Virus record (IMG/VR): IMGVR_UViG_3300033149_003774
Source: an uncultured virus (IMG/VR IMGVR_UViG_3300033149_003774)
Taxonomy: Duplodnaviria; Heunggongvirae; Uroviricota; Caudoviricetes
DNA: 23,907 bases
Strand: one strand, 5' to 3'
In this document: piece by piece, positions 1-8,097 of the stretch
How positions within the stretch are numbered: the first letter of the stretch is position 1
Layout of the letters: each line of letters starts with the position of its first letter
Program-made: the position numbers and the translations under genes
The notes under the pieces: model-generated
Told to the model about the DNA's origin: nothing
The model's database searches: none
What the model saw: the letters and a program-made list of their open reading frames with translations, nothing else

Positions 1-1
1 A

Positions 2-115
2 GAGTTTTTTGCTAGTTATGGATGGGATTGTTTTGTTATCTGGGGTAAAGATATGTCGTCAGTAGAGAAGAGAAAAATTCTTCTTCAGCGTCTTTTGGAA
101 TGGTTTTCTAAGTAA
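2..115 (+). CDS. 3' end of a Vsr/DUF559-like (PD-(D/E)XK) endonuclease, truncated by the window edge
   Basis: Frame 2 reads EFFASYGWDCFVIWGKDMSSVEKRKILLQRLLEWFSK*. The 'xxxGWxxxvIWxxd' pattern resembles the Vsr/DUF559 C-terminus. Not in the ORF track. Confidence 0.45.
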   Translation, partial: EFFASYGWDCFVIWGKDMSSVEKRKILLQRLLEWFSK

Positions 116-127
116 TCTTTTTGTATA

Positions 128-142
128 CCAAAACCTTTATAT
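128..142 (+). promoter_or_regulatory. Archaeal BRE-TATA promoter of the eS30 gene
   Basis: CCAAAACC-TTTATAT; the TATA starts at 136, 29 nt before ATG 165, which suggests a leaderless transcript. Confidence 0.6.
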
Positions 143-164
143 CCACCCCTTTTTTATATTATAT

Positions 165-368
165 ATGAGAAAAATGTCATCTAGTGGTAAACGTGCTGGA
201 CGCGGTTCACATGGAAGTCTCACAAAAGCCGGAAGGGTTCGTAGTACAACACCTCTAGTTCCACCTCAACCACATAGACCGCATCTTCACCCTCGTCTTG
301 CCAATCGTCGCAAATATGTTCATAGAATTTTAAATCCACGATCTCGCAAACCTAGGCGGCGTCGTTAG
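165..368 (+). CDS. rps30e: Small-subunit ribosomal protein eS30 (S30e)
   Basis: SHGSLTKAGRVRSTTP...PRLANRRKYVHRI matches the archaeal/eukaryotic eS30 signature (HGSLxKAGKVRxQTP...PRxxNRxxYxxR). 67 aa, very basic, with its own promoter and a T-tract after the stop. Confidence 0.93.
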   Translation: MRKMSSSGKRAGRGSHGSLTKAGRVRSTTPLVPPQPHRPHLHPRLANRRKYVHRILNPRSRKPRRRR

Positions 369-418
369 TTTTTGTAGAAACAACACAAGATTTATTTGTG
401 ATACTATCTATATGATAA

Positions 419-1201
419 GTGATCTTAATGCCGATTCTAACAGACGGAAGTTTGTACATTGACTACAAGAGAATAGCAGTTACCGATACGGAGCAAAGCT
501 ATACAATTGGAACCCAATCTGGTACACCGTTTGGTTCCGAGAGGATACGTTTTTTGGCTGATGAGGATTGCTATGTCAGATTTAATGAACCCACAGCTCT
601 GCAAATCCTTATCAAGGGAAAGGACATCTGGGAGTTTGAAAAAAGAGTTACAAAGATATATGTTGTGCGGGTTTCAGCGAATGGAAACTTGGAAGTGTGG
701 GCGGAGGGGGATATCCCATCTGCGATCAAGGGGAGATATCGAGCAGTACTAGAGAGATTGGTTTTGTTGGTGGGTAATTCTCTTAACGAAGCTGACTACG
801 ATGAGTATTATGTTACTGGGGACTATACACAACTGCCTACGAACCTGAGCAAGATGCCCTATGTAACGGTAAGAATTAATCCAGTTTTAATAGAGGATGA
901 AACATATGGAAGGCGTCTTCCAAGTGTAGGAAGCATGGCAACACATTATTTCACTTTATATGTTTACGAAACGAGCAATACAGTTGCTAGTGAAAATAAG
1001 AATAGAGATGCACACATCTGTGCAAGAACAATAATGGACTTTTTACGTGGAAAAGATCAAGATTCGACAGAAGGAGAAACTTATGGAATATATAGAATAT
1101 ATGATATTGGTGCAAGAGAATCAGAACCAGAGGGATTAAGGGGGATAAGTAGAATGATTGTTACTGGTGCAATGTGGGTGAAGAGGTTGGATTCACCATG
1201 A
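419..1201 (+). CDS. Two-domain virion protein: N-terminal ~90-aa beta-rich domain (paralog of 19262..19543) fused to a tail-terminator-like domain
   Basis: The N-domain aligns without gaps to 19262..19543. The C-domain has 'PYVTV...FTLYVY...IMDFL...S-R-x-x-V-x-G-x-x-x-V', the pattern of lambda gpU/SPP1 gp17-like tail completion proteins. Start may be ATG 428. Confidence 0.5.
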   Translation: MILMPILTDGSLYIDYKRIAVTDTEQSYTIGTQSGTPFGSERIRFLADEDCYVRFNEPTALQILIKGKDIWEFEKRVTKIYVVRVSANGNLEVWAEGDIPSAIKGRYRAVLERLVLLVGNSLNEADYDEYYVTGDYTQLPTNLSKMPYVTVRINPVLIEDETYGRRLPSVGSMATHYFTLYVYETSNTVASENKNRDAHICARTIMDFLRGKDQDSTEGETYGIYRIYDIGARESEPEGLRGISRMIVTGAMWVKRLDSP

Positions 1202-1680
1202 GTGATCCTAATGGAGATCCAAAGGGCAAGTTTGAGTCCGTGAAGAATAGATTGAATGATTATGTTACAGCAGCCATCGGTGGTCATGTTAGTAATGATT
1301 GGAGAATCAACATAAAAGAGCTCGGCACATTTCCCATTAGTACATTAAGATTTGGTGTGGTTTCTTTACTTAATGAAAATTATGGTGGTTTAACACCAGA
1401 AAGTGGTTGTTGGGCAGAATACGAGTTCAGTATATTTATTCAAGATAAAGAGTATAGCGATCAATTGGATACGGTTTTAAAACACTATAGTGTAATGGAT
1501 GATGCATCAGATGTGGTAGATTATTTAATTGGAAAAAGCGGAGACAGCACCGAAATTTCTTCTTATGGAATATATGAAATAGGTGAACTTAGAATTGAAT
1601 ATAATCAATTTAGAAGGGGCGGTAGGAACGTCGGTCGTGCAATTGTGAGGGGAAAGATTCGGTCTAAGTGGCTCGACTGA
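1198..1680 (+). CDS. Tail-terminator/tail-completion-like protein, paralog of the upstream C-domain
   Basis: ATG 1198 overlaps the upstream TGA (ATGA). Shares 'ExYG', 'DFL/DYLxGKxxDSTExxxYGIYxI' and 'RxIVxG..KxLD' with 419..1201. Confidence 0.5.
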   Translation: MSDPNGDPKGKFESVKNRLNDYVTAAIGGHVSNDWRINIKELGTFPISTLRFGVVSLLNENYGGLTPESGCWAEYEFSIFIQDKEYSDQLDTVLKHYSVMDDASDVVDYLIGKSGDSTEISSYGIYEIGELRIEYNQFRRGGRNVGRAIVRGKIRSKWLD

Positions 1681-1687
1681 CTAAAAA

Positions 1688-1702
1688 GGAAACATTTAAA
1701 TA
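1688..1702 (+). promoter_or_regulatory. BRE-TATA promoter
   Basis: GGAAACA-TTTAAATA. It is too close to ATG 1708, so the true start may be the in-frame TTG 1732. Confidence 0.5.
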
Positions 1703-1707
1703 CCCAT

Positions 1708-2046
1708 ATGCAATCTATTATTCGGTTCAAATTGGCTGAAACAGAAAGAGTTGATGTCGAGGAGATAATCTCCGAAATAAACAATATGGACACGACGAAG
1801 ATGGATCGGCTTGGCATACTGACGAGTTTGGTGAAATTGACACAAATAATAAATAAAATTTCGGGCGTGTGGTTGCTCTTCTATGGTCTACCTAACATTT
1901 CAAGTGTTTCCAGAGAAGTGCTTGAGGAGTTTTTGAATTTTCAAAAAGATATATCCATCGGCATCATAAAAAACGGTCTCAAGTTTCAGAAAACCTTGCT
2001 CGAAAAACAACCGCAAAAAGATTCAGTTGGTGTTGGTGTAGTTTGA
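1708..2046 (+). CDS. DUF2153-like helical protein
   Basis: 'DRL...W....P....SREVLEE' spacing recalls the archaeal DUF2153 family (DRL...W..DP...PREMLEE). Confidence 0.4.
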   Translation: MQSIIRFKLAETERVDVEEIISEINNMDTTKMDRLGILTSLVKLTQIINKISGVWLLFYGLPNISSVSREVLEEFLNFQKDISIGIIKNGLKFQKTLLEKQPQKDSVGVGVV

Positions 2047-3317
2047 AAACAAAGCTAATGGTATGTTCCGATGTTATTTATGCTGGAACTGGTTTTTCTG
2101 AGGAATTGAGAAACATTCTCTTCAGGTTGGTTCAGACGGGAGAATATGAGGTATATTGGATCGGACTTCAACACGTTGGGTTTGATGTGGATGTCCCAGA
2201 TATGATGTTTCCAGATCTAAGGCAGATTGGGGCATCTATACGAATGGTTAGTGGTATGGGTCCGACAGAGCTGTATGGTGTTTCTGGTTTTAAAAGGTGT
2301 TTTGATAGAATTGCTCCCGATTTGTTTATGATGATGGGAGATCCCAAACATTTTGTTCCTTATGTAAAATTAAAGAAAAAAATGTATTTTCCACTTATTC
2401 TTTATACTACTTTGGATGGATTGCCAATTCCATTCACTTGGAAAAAAACGTTTTCTGGTTCAAATGTGAATCTTGCGATGACAGAATGGGCAATGTTGGA
2501 ATTTATGAAGGCAAAGATTCCTATGGGCGGTTATATTCATCATGGAGTTAATTGGCAGTGGTTTACGACAAATGATGTTGAAAAACAACGACTACGACGG
2601 CATTTTGGCATTAATGAAGAAACAACTTTGTTTATAAATTGGGATGTTAACCAATTTAGAAAAAGACTTGATGCATTACTACGATGTTGGAGGGATTTCA
2701 AACCAGAATCAAAGAATGCAAAACTATTTTTACATACTGATTCTTCCTGTTTTCTTGGGTTTAATTTGGAGAATTTAATGGAACAATATAATATTCCACG
2801 AGAGACGGTTTTGCTTCCAGAGGACGTATATGGAAGGAGAAAATATTTTGGTCAGGGAGAACCAATAGACTTTCACAGGAAGATGTGCGCTTTAGGTGAT
2901 GTGTATGTTTCAACGACGGGGGGAGAAGGGTTTGGTAAGACAGGACTTGAAGCTATGAGTCTTGGAATGCCCGTGATAATTACTGATTATTCTGCTTGTT
3001 CCGAGGTGTGTGAAAAGGGTTCAATTCTCGTTCCAACATATGAGGGACGGGCTGGAAGATACAGACTCCATGATAAGGTGAAGCAGGTAGAGATGGGAAT
3101 AGTGAATGAAGAAAAATTTGTGGAAGCTATGTTAAGATTGTATGATAATCCAGAGGAGAGAAAGGAGTTGGGTATGAGGGCTAGGGAGTGGTCAAAAACA
3201 TTTGATTATGATAGCCAAATAGTTCCAGCATGGATTGATGTTCTAAATAATATAGATCCGAATGTCATCTTTGCTTCAGAGGTTTTATCTTCTAAATCAA
3301 AGGAGCGAGTAATATAA
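2043..3317 (+). CDS. GT-B glycosyltransferase, GT4-like (#1)
   Basis: N-terminal 'SD....TGFS', then 'IHHGVN', 'RKRLD' and 'GEGFGKTGLEAMSLGMPVI' (E-x7-E motif). Confidence 0.9.
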   Translation: MKTKLMVCSDVIYAGTGFSEELRNILFRLVQTGEYEVYWIGLQHVGFDVDVPDMMFPDLRQIGASIRMVSGMGPTELYGVSGFKRCFDRIAPDLFMMMGDPKHFVPYVKLKKKMYFPLILYTTLDGLPIPFTWKKTFSGSNVNLAMTEWAMLEFMKAKIPMGGYIHHGVNWQWFTTNDVEKQRLRRHFGINEETTLFINWDVNQFRKRLDALLRCWRDFKPESKNAKLFLHTDSSCFLGFNLENLMEQYNIPRETVLLPEDVYGRRKYFGQGEPIDFHRKMCALGDVYVSTTGGEGFGKTGLEAMSLGMPVIITDYSACSEVCEKGSILVPTYEGRAGRYRLHDKVKQVEMGIVNEEKFVEAMLRLYDNPEERKELGMRAREWSKTFDYDSQIVPAWIDVLNNIDPNVIFASEVLSSKSKERVI

Positions 3318-3337
3318 GTGGGAGGTGGGAAAAAAAG

Positions 3338-3571
3338 ATGGTAGAACCAGAAACAGGGAGGGAGACGGTGACGAAGTTAAATATTGCCACACCAAGGCGC
3401 AAGATTAATTGTTGTGCGTGTGGTTATAGTGGTTTCTCGTGGACGGCGTTGCAAAACTGGCTTGTACCACCAGTATATTTTGAGGGAGCAAAAAAGGCTC
3501 TTGATATATGTCCCGTTTGTGGCTCATTTCAATGGGTAATAGAAGAAAATGTAAACGGAGGTGAGAAGTAA
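3338..3571 (+). CDS. Zinc-ribbon protein
   Basis: CCACG...CPVCG; SD-like GGAGGTG upstream. Confidence 0.6.
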   Translation: MVEPETGRETVTKLNIATPRRKINCCACGYSGFSWTALQNWLVPPVYFEGAKKALDICPVCGSFQWVIEENVNGGEK

Positions 3572-3574
3572 AAA

Positions 3575-3934
3575 ATGGGTATTGAAATAGAACAGCCGTC
3601 ATTAGATGAGTATCCCCTGAACAGGGTTGGCGGAAAGATAGAGTTGTTAGACGCGGAAACCATATATAGATTCAAAAATTCAAATGATACGGATGGTAGA
3701 TGGCTCGCCGTCCTCAAGATCAAGTCAACATTCGGTAGGAATAATCGTGAATCTGTTAGTGTTAGGATTTATCGGTGGCGATGGAGACAGCCCACAAAGT
3801 GGAACCAAGAACAAAGAAAGCGCGTTCCAGAGGGAGAGTATCGTTGGTTCTTGGAACAGAAACACAACATAAATAAGCGCGAGATATGGGAGAGAACGAG
3901 GGCGGCTGTGGATAAATTCCTCAGTAACATTTAA
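3575..3934 (+). CDS. Hypothetical protein, possibly a PC4-like ssDNA-binding fold
   Basis: Trp/Arg-rich beta strands (VRIYRWRW...RWFLEQK) followed by a C-terminal helix; directly upstream of RadA. Confidence 0.35.
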   Translation: MGIEIEQPSLDEYPLNRVGGKIELLDAETIYRFKNSNDTDGRWLAVLKIKSTFGRNNRESVSVRIYRWRWRQPTKWNQEQRKRVPEGEYRWFLEQKHNINKREIWERTRAAVDKFLSNI

Positions 3935-3937
3935 ATA
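3924..3937 (+). promoter_or_regulatory. TATA promoter upstream of the RadA homolog
   Basis: GTAACA-TTTAAATA, followed by SD-like GGAAGGGGAG before ATG 3982. Confidence 0.45.
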
Positions 3938-3981
3938 GATAGACCGCCACGCTATAGATATAAGGTTAGGAAGGGGAGTGC

Positions 3982-5028
3982 ATGAAGAAGAAAAAAACAG
4001 ATAGAGAAATGTGGTTAGAAACCCTAAAAGTCAAGGATGACATAGTTGATTCCATAGGGAAGAGTTCAAATTATTTTAAGAAAATTCAAAAATTAAGAAC
4101 ACGATCAATATCAAATCCTCTGAGTGATGGGAAAGTTCCAGTAAAAAGAATTCTGACTGGAACGGCTTTAGATGAAATTCTCAGTTTTAATGGTGGGATA
4201 GAGGTTGGCAGTACTGTGGAGTTTTATGGTCCTTTTGCGGCGGCAAAAACACAGATATGTGAAACACTCGTTACAGAGGCTGAAGGATTAATCATATATA
4301 TAGATTCGGAGCGAACCTTCAGGAAGGAAAGGGTGAAGGGCATAGCGGTAGCGAGGGGAAAGGACGTAGAAGACATCAACAAAAGACTCTTATTGTATCA
4401 ACCAGAAGACTGGATGGAACAAGAAGCAATAACAATGAATCTTCCTGAGTTTGACTCTGAGGGAAATTTTATAGATGTCGGTCTGGTTATAATTGACTCA
4501 TTGATGAAGCATTGGGCGGATGCGCCAGAGTTCTTTGGAAGGGAAAAATTGACTACGCGACAACAGATGGTTCGGGCTGAACTTGCCAGACTCGTGAGAT
4601 ATGTGAGGAGACATAGTGCAGTTTTGGTCTATACCAACCAGATCTATGATAAACCAATAGATACTAGATACGCATCCCCAGAACAAAAGATCGGCGCGCG
4701 GGGCGGACGCTCCCTAGAACACATCGCAGACTACAGAATTCTTCTTATCAAGAAACGGGGGAATGTGAGGGTAGCTCGCTTGGTGGATAGTCCAGATATC
4801 CCCCTACTCGAAGTTCCATTTGTATTGGATGAGAGAGGAATATCGGATATTCCAGATCCAGCAGAAAGAGCAAAAGCCCTAGAATTGACCGAGAGTTACA
4901 GAGAGAAGTTTCTTTCGGGAAGAATAGGTTCAAAACCTGCTGGAAAGAAGTATATTGAAAAAGCAAAGGAAATCGGGTTAATAGTTGAAGAAGATGAGGA
5001 AGTAGAAGAGGTAATAGGTGAAGAATAG
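3982..5028 (+). CDS. radA: RadA/Rad51-family recombinase homolog
   Basis: 'TG..LDEIL..GGIEVG..VEFYG....KTQ', 'YIDSERTFR', Walker B 'LVIIDSL', 'TNQ', 'GGRSLEH' and 'RVARLVDSP' are collinear with archaeal RadA. Walker A is GPFAAAKT. Confidence 0.88.
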   Translation: MKKKKTDREMWLETLKVKDDIVDSIGKSSNYFKKIQKLRTRSISNPLSDGKVPVKRILTGTALDEILSFNGGIEVGSTVEFYGPFAAAKTQICETLVTEAEGLIIYIDSERTFRKERVKGIAVARGKDVEDINKRLLLYQPEDWMEQEAITMNLPEFDSEGNFIDVGLVIIDSLMKHWADAPEFFGREKLTTRQQMVRAELARLVRYVRRHSAVLVYTNQIYDKPIDTRYASPEQKIGARGGRSLEHIADYRILLIKKRGNVRVARLVDSPDIPLLEVPFVLDERGISDIPDPAERAKALELTESYREKFLSGRIGSKPAGKKYIEKAKEIGLIVEEDEEVEEVIGEE

Positions 5029-5030
5029 AA

Positions 5031-5294
5031 TTGGGAAGATATATTCTTATTCCGAAGGTCTATAATAAATTTAAAACCCTTGGGTATGATTTGAATTGTA
5101 AAATATGCGGCTGTCCAATCAATATCGGAGAAGAGGTAGAATCTAAGAGTGGGAGTAAGGGTCCAAAGTTATATCATGCTGAGTGTTATGATAGATTTCA
5201 TCTAAATTTTAAAGATCATAAGATACTGAACGGATATGGAGAGCTTATAGCGGAAGAAAAGGTTGATGAGAGCGGTGATGAAAATGATGAATAG
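5031..5294 (+). CDS. Zinc-finger protein (CxxC...HxxC)
   Basis: CKICGCPINIGE...LYHAECY; TTG start 3 nt after the radA stop. Confidence 0.6.
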   Translation: MGRYILIPKVYNKFKTLGYDLNCKICGCPINIGEEVESKSGSKGPKLYHAECYDRFHLNFKDHKILNGYGELIAEEKVDESGDENDE

Positions 5295-5856
5295 GGAGTG
5301 GTATAGGAAACACTTGGATGTTTCTATTGGTACGCCGATCATAAATCCACTTGCGAGCTTGGAAAAAAAAGCAAAAAAGGAAACTCGAAAAGCTCACTAT
5401 TATTTAAGGATAGCGGCGGCTGTGGCATCTCGCTCCCCCTGTTCGAGACGCAGGTTTGGCGCAGTTCTGGTAAAAAACGATACCATATTGAGTACCGGAT
5501 ATAATGGCTCCGCAAGAAATACACTTAATTGTGGTACAGACATCCCTTGTTTAAAGGACTTATATGATGAGGAACACTACAAATCATATGAATATTGTCC
5601 AGCCATTCATGCAGAACAAAATGCCATTATTAATGCTGGGCGTGTACGTGCCATCGGTTCAACTCTTTATTTAGCTCCAGAAAATGCAGGTGATGGTGAT
5701 AGACCGTGCCATTTGTGCAGGAGATTCATCATAAATGCTGGTGTTTATGATTGTTGGTACATTGACAAGGAAGGAAATTTGAAATATGAGCTTGTGGAGG
5801 AGTGGGTAGAAATGGAGAACGCGTGGATGAAAAAACTCGCCGAGGGGAAAAAATGA
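5284..5856 (+). CDS. dCMP deaminase (ComEB-like)
   Basis: 'RS.C.RR.FGAVLV', 'TGYNG', 'HAEQNAI' (HxE) and 'PCHLC' (PCxxC). Start ATG 5284/5287 overlaps the upstream ORF. Confidence 0.92.
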   Translation: MMNREWYRKHLDVSIGTPIINPLASLEKKAKKETRKAHYYLRIAAAVASRSPCSRRRFGAVLVKNDTILSTGYNGSARNTLNCGTDIPCLKDLYDEEHYKSYEYCPAIHAEQNAIINAGRVRAIGSTLYLAPENAGDGDRPCHLCRRFIINAGVYDCWYIDKEGNLKYELVEEWVEMENAWMKKLAEGKK

Positions 5857-6200
5857 AACTGGAAGACGCGATAAAGTTACAGGAGCGACTGTTCAAAAAG
5901 AGGATGGAGATAAGAAGAAAGAAGGGACATGATTATGCAAATTTGGAGGACTGTTTAATCAACTTTAAAACCGTAGCAACAATTGCCCATCTTTTTGGTG
6001 TTGATGTTACAAAACCATACGGTGTGGCATTCTTTTATAAGATACTCAAATTACAGCGCGAGGCGAACCTTCTTTTTTCTAACAAAACACCAGAAAACGA
6101 ATCTCTTCTTGATACTCTATTGGATCTGAGTAACTATAATGATTTGGAATTGGAGTGCCTCGTAGAAAGTGGAATAATAGAGGTTGAAAACGAAGAATGA
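5853..6200 (+). CDS. DUF1599/Nmad1-like all-alpha NTP-pyrophosphatase-fold protein (nucleotide-modification associated)
   Basis: 'KGHDY...NF...K..R...NESLLDTLLDLSNY' matches the KxxDY / ESxxDTLxDLxNY pattern. ATGA-coupled on both sides. Confidence 0.7.
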   Translation: MKLEDAIKLQERLFKKRMEIRRKKGHDYANLEDCLINFKTVATIAHLFGVDVTKPYGVAFFYKILKLQREANLLFSNKTPENESLLDTLLDLSNYNDLELECLVESGIIEVENEE

Positions 6201-7381
6201 AAACCATTGGAATATTCGGAGATATGTACACCGCCTCGACCGGCATGGCGGTAGTACTTAGAAATTTAGCTAATCAACTTTCAAAATGGTTCCAAGTTAT
6301 TTATTTTGGAAGATTCGGTCAGGAGAAGGAATTTTCCAAAAATCCCTTCGTTCCTCTCACGGAGTCATTTTCCTATGTAACCACGGAGGGGGGAGTGTGG
6401 GATAGAGAACTCGTCGTTAGAATACTGAAACATTATAAAGAAGTGGACATATGTTTCACGGAAGATGATTGGTTTAGCAGTTATGGTATAGTTCAAGCAT
6501 GTAATTTTTGGGATAAACCAATCCACCTACTCACTCCAATAGACTCTCTTCCAATACCAAGGATGGCATTTACCGATGTTTTTTTTCTGTGTGATAAACT
6601 GTATGTTCCTAATGGAAGTTGGGAAATGTTTAATGGGATGAAGAGAGTGGGCGGTGAGAGTGCCGGTGCGGCGAGGAGAAGTGGTTCTCGCCTTAAGAGC
6701 GTTTTCCTTCCACATGGGGTAGATTTTAATGCCTTTCGTCCAAAGAAAGTTCAACGCTCCGATAAATTTACCTTTCTCTGGACTGGAAGAATAGAAGAGA
6801 GAAAAAATCCACGTGCCTTCGTTTTGGCGGCGGAAAAAATACATAATAAGATGGATGCAGATTTTTTTATGCGTTCCGATTGGAATACACCATATGCACG
6901 TCGCCTTTTTCAATATATAGAAAGAAAAAATCTCCCATTCATATTGGATCAAATGAGTGATATTCCCCATAACGGAATGGCGGATGTATATAATATGGGG
7001 GATGTTTTTGTTTGCACAAGCAAAGCGGGCGGGTTTGAGCTCTCCATAATTGAAAGTATGGCTTGCGGTCTCACCACTATAGTTACAGATTGGACGTTTA
7101 TGAATGAAAATATCATAAATGGAAGAAGTGGTTTTCTAGTTCCCGTGGAAAGTTTTTGTCATCCTCCTGCTCCCGATCCGAGAGAAAAAAGAACTTCAGA
7201 TATTGCTCGTGATAGAATATGGGGTAATATTTCTATTGAGGGGCTAGCGAATAAAATGTTGTGGATGTACAACAATCAAGGAAAGGTGAAGGCTATGGGA
7301 AGATGGGCTTCAGCATATGCGCGGCAGAGATATGATTGGGGGAGAATAGGAGAAAAGTTGAAGAAAGAACTGATGGAGTGA
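6197..7381 (+). CDS. GT-B glycosyltransferase, GT4-like (#2)
   Basis: 'STGMA', 'LPHGVD', 'GRIEERKN', 'AGGFELSIIESMACG' and C-terminal 'YDW'. Confidence 0.9.
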   Translation: MKTIGIFGDMYTASTGMAVVLRNLANQLSKWFQVIYFGRFGQEKEFSKNPFVPLTESFSYVTTEGGVWDRELVVRILKHYKEVDICFTEDDWFSSYGIVQACNFWDKPIHLLTPIDSLPIPRMAFTDVFFLCDKLYVPNGSWEMFNGMKRVGGESAGAARRSGSRLKSVFLPHGVDFNAFRPKKVQRSDKFTFLWTGRIEERKNPRAFVLAAEKIHNKMDADFFMRSDWNTPYARRLFQYIERKNLPFILDQMSDIPHNGMADVYNMGDVFVCTSKAGGFELSIIESMACGLTTIVTDWTFMNENIINGRSGFLVPVESFCHPPAPDPREKRTSDIARDRIWGNISIEGLANKMLWMYNNQGKVKAMGRWASAYARQRYDWGRIGEKLKKELME

Positions 7382-7386
7382 ATAAA

Positions 7387-8097
7387 ATGTCTAAGAAGAG
7401 TCGTATGTTTTCATTTATTACTGGTTGTGAGAATCCATTAGGAGGAAAGTGTCCATATGGTTGTGTTTATTGTTGGGCGCAGGGAGAAAAAGGTTTGGTA
7501 AATAAATATGAGATGAAAAAATATACGGGAAATGCCAGATTAGTTCCGCACATCCTAAAGAAGCGTTTTTCAGAGGGAGATTTCATATTCGTGGTTGATA
7601 TGAGAGATATGTTCAGTCCAGATGTTCCCGATGATATGCTATTAGAAATATTTGACTGGATAAGAAAAAACGATGAAGCTAGGTTTTTGTTTCTGACAAA
7701 AAATCCAAGAAGATATATTAAGGTAATAGAAAGTGGATGGGATTTTCCTTCTAATGTAGTTTTGGGTGCCACAATAGAGTCGAATAGAGATTTTCTTGAT
7801 ATATCGAAGGCACCGCCGCAATCTGACAGGCTTTACTGGATGTACAAATTATCAAAAATGGAAAATGTAAAAAATGATCTTTTTATATCCATAGAGCCGA
7901 TATTAGAGTTTGATTTTCAAGAGTTCTATGAGGTTTTACGCAAGATCAATCCTTGGAAGATTGCCGTCGGCTATGATAATTATGGCTATAAACTGCCAGA
8001 ACCCAGTCTCGATACCACCATAAGATTTATAGAAGAGCTAGAAGGTTTTACTGATGTGGAGGTTAAGTCGTTAAGGAGGGCTTGGTGGGCGGAATAA
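7387..8097 (+). CDS. DUF5131 (phage Gp37/Gp68-like) radical SAM protein
   Basis: CPYGCVYC (CxxxCxxC), 'IFVVDMRDMF', 'FLTKNP', 'NVVLGATIE', 'FISIEPIL'. Likely start ATG 7387. Confidence 0.85.
   Translation: MSKKSRMFSFITGCENPLGGKCPYGCVYCWAQGEKGLVNKYEMKKYTGNARLVPHILKKRFSEGDFIFVVDMRDMFSPDVPDDMLLEIFDWIRKNDEARFLFLTKNPRRYIKVIESGWDFPSNVVLGATIESNRDFLDISKAPPQSDRLYWMYKLSKMENVKNDLFISIEPILEFDFQEFYEVLRKINPWKIAVGYDNYGYKLPEPSLDTTIRFIEELEGFTDVEVKSLRRAWWAE

Noticed and set aside
165..210. Ubiquitin-like (FUBI) fusion or cleavage site ahead of eS30
   Set aside because: The N-terminal extension is only about 14 aa, with no beta-grasp domain or GG motif.
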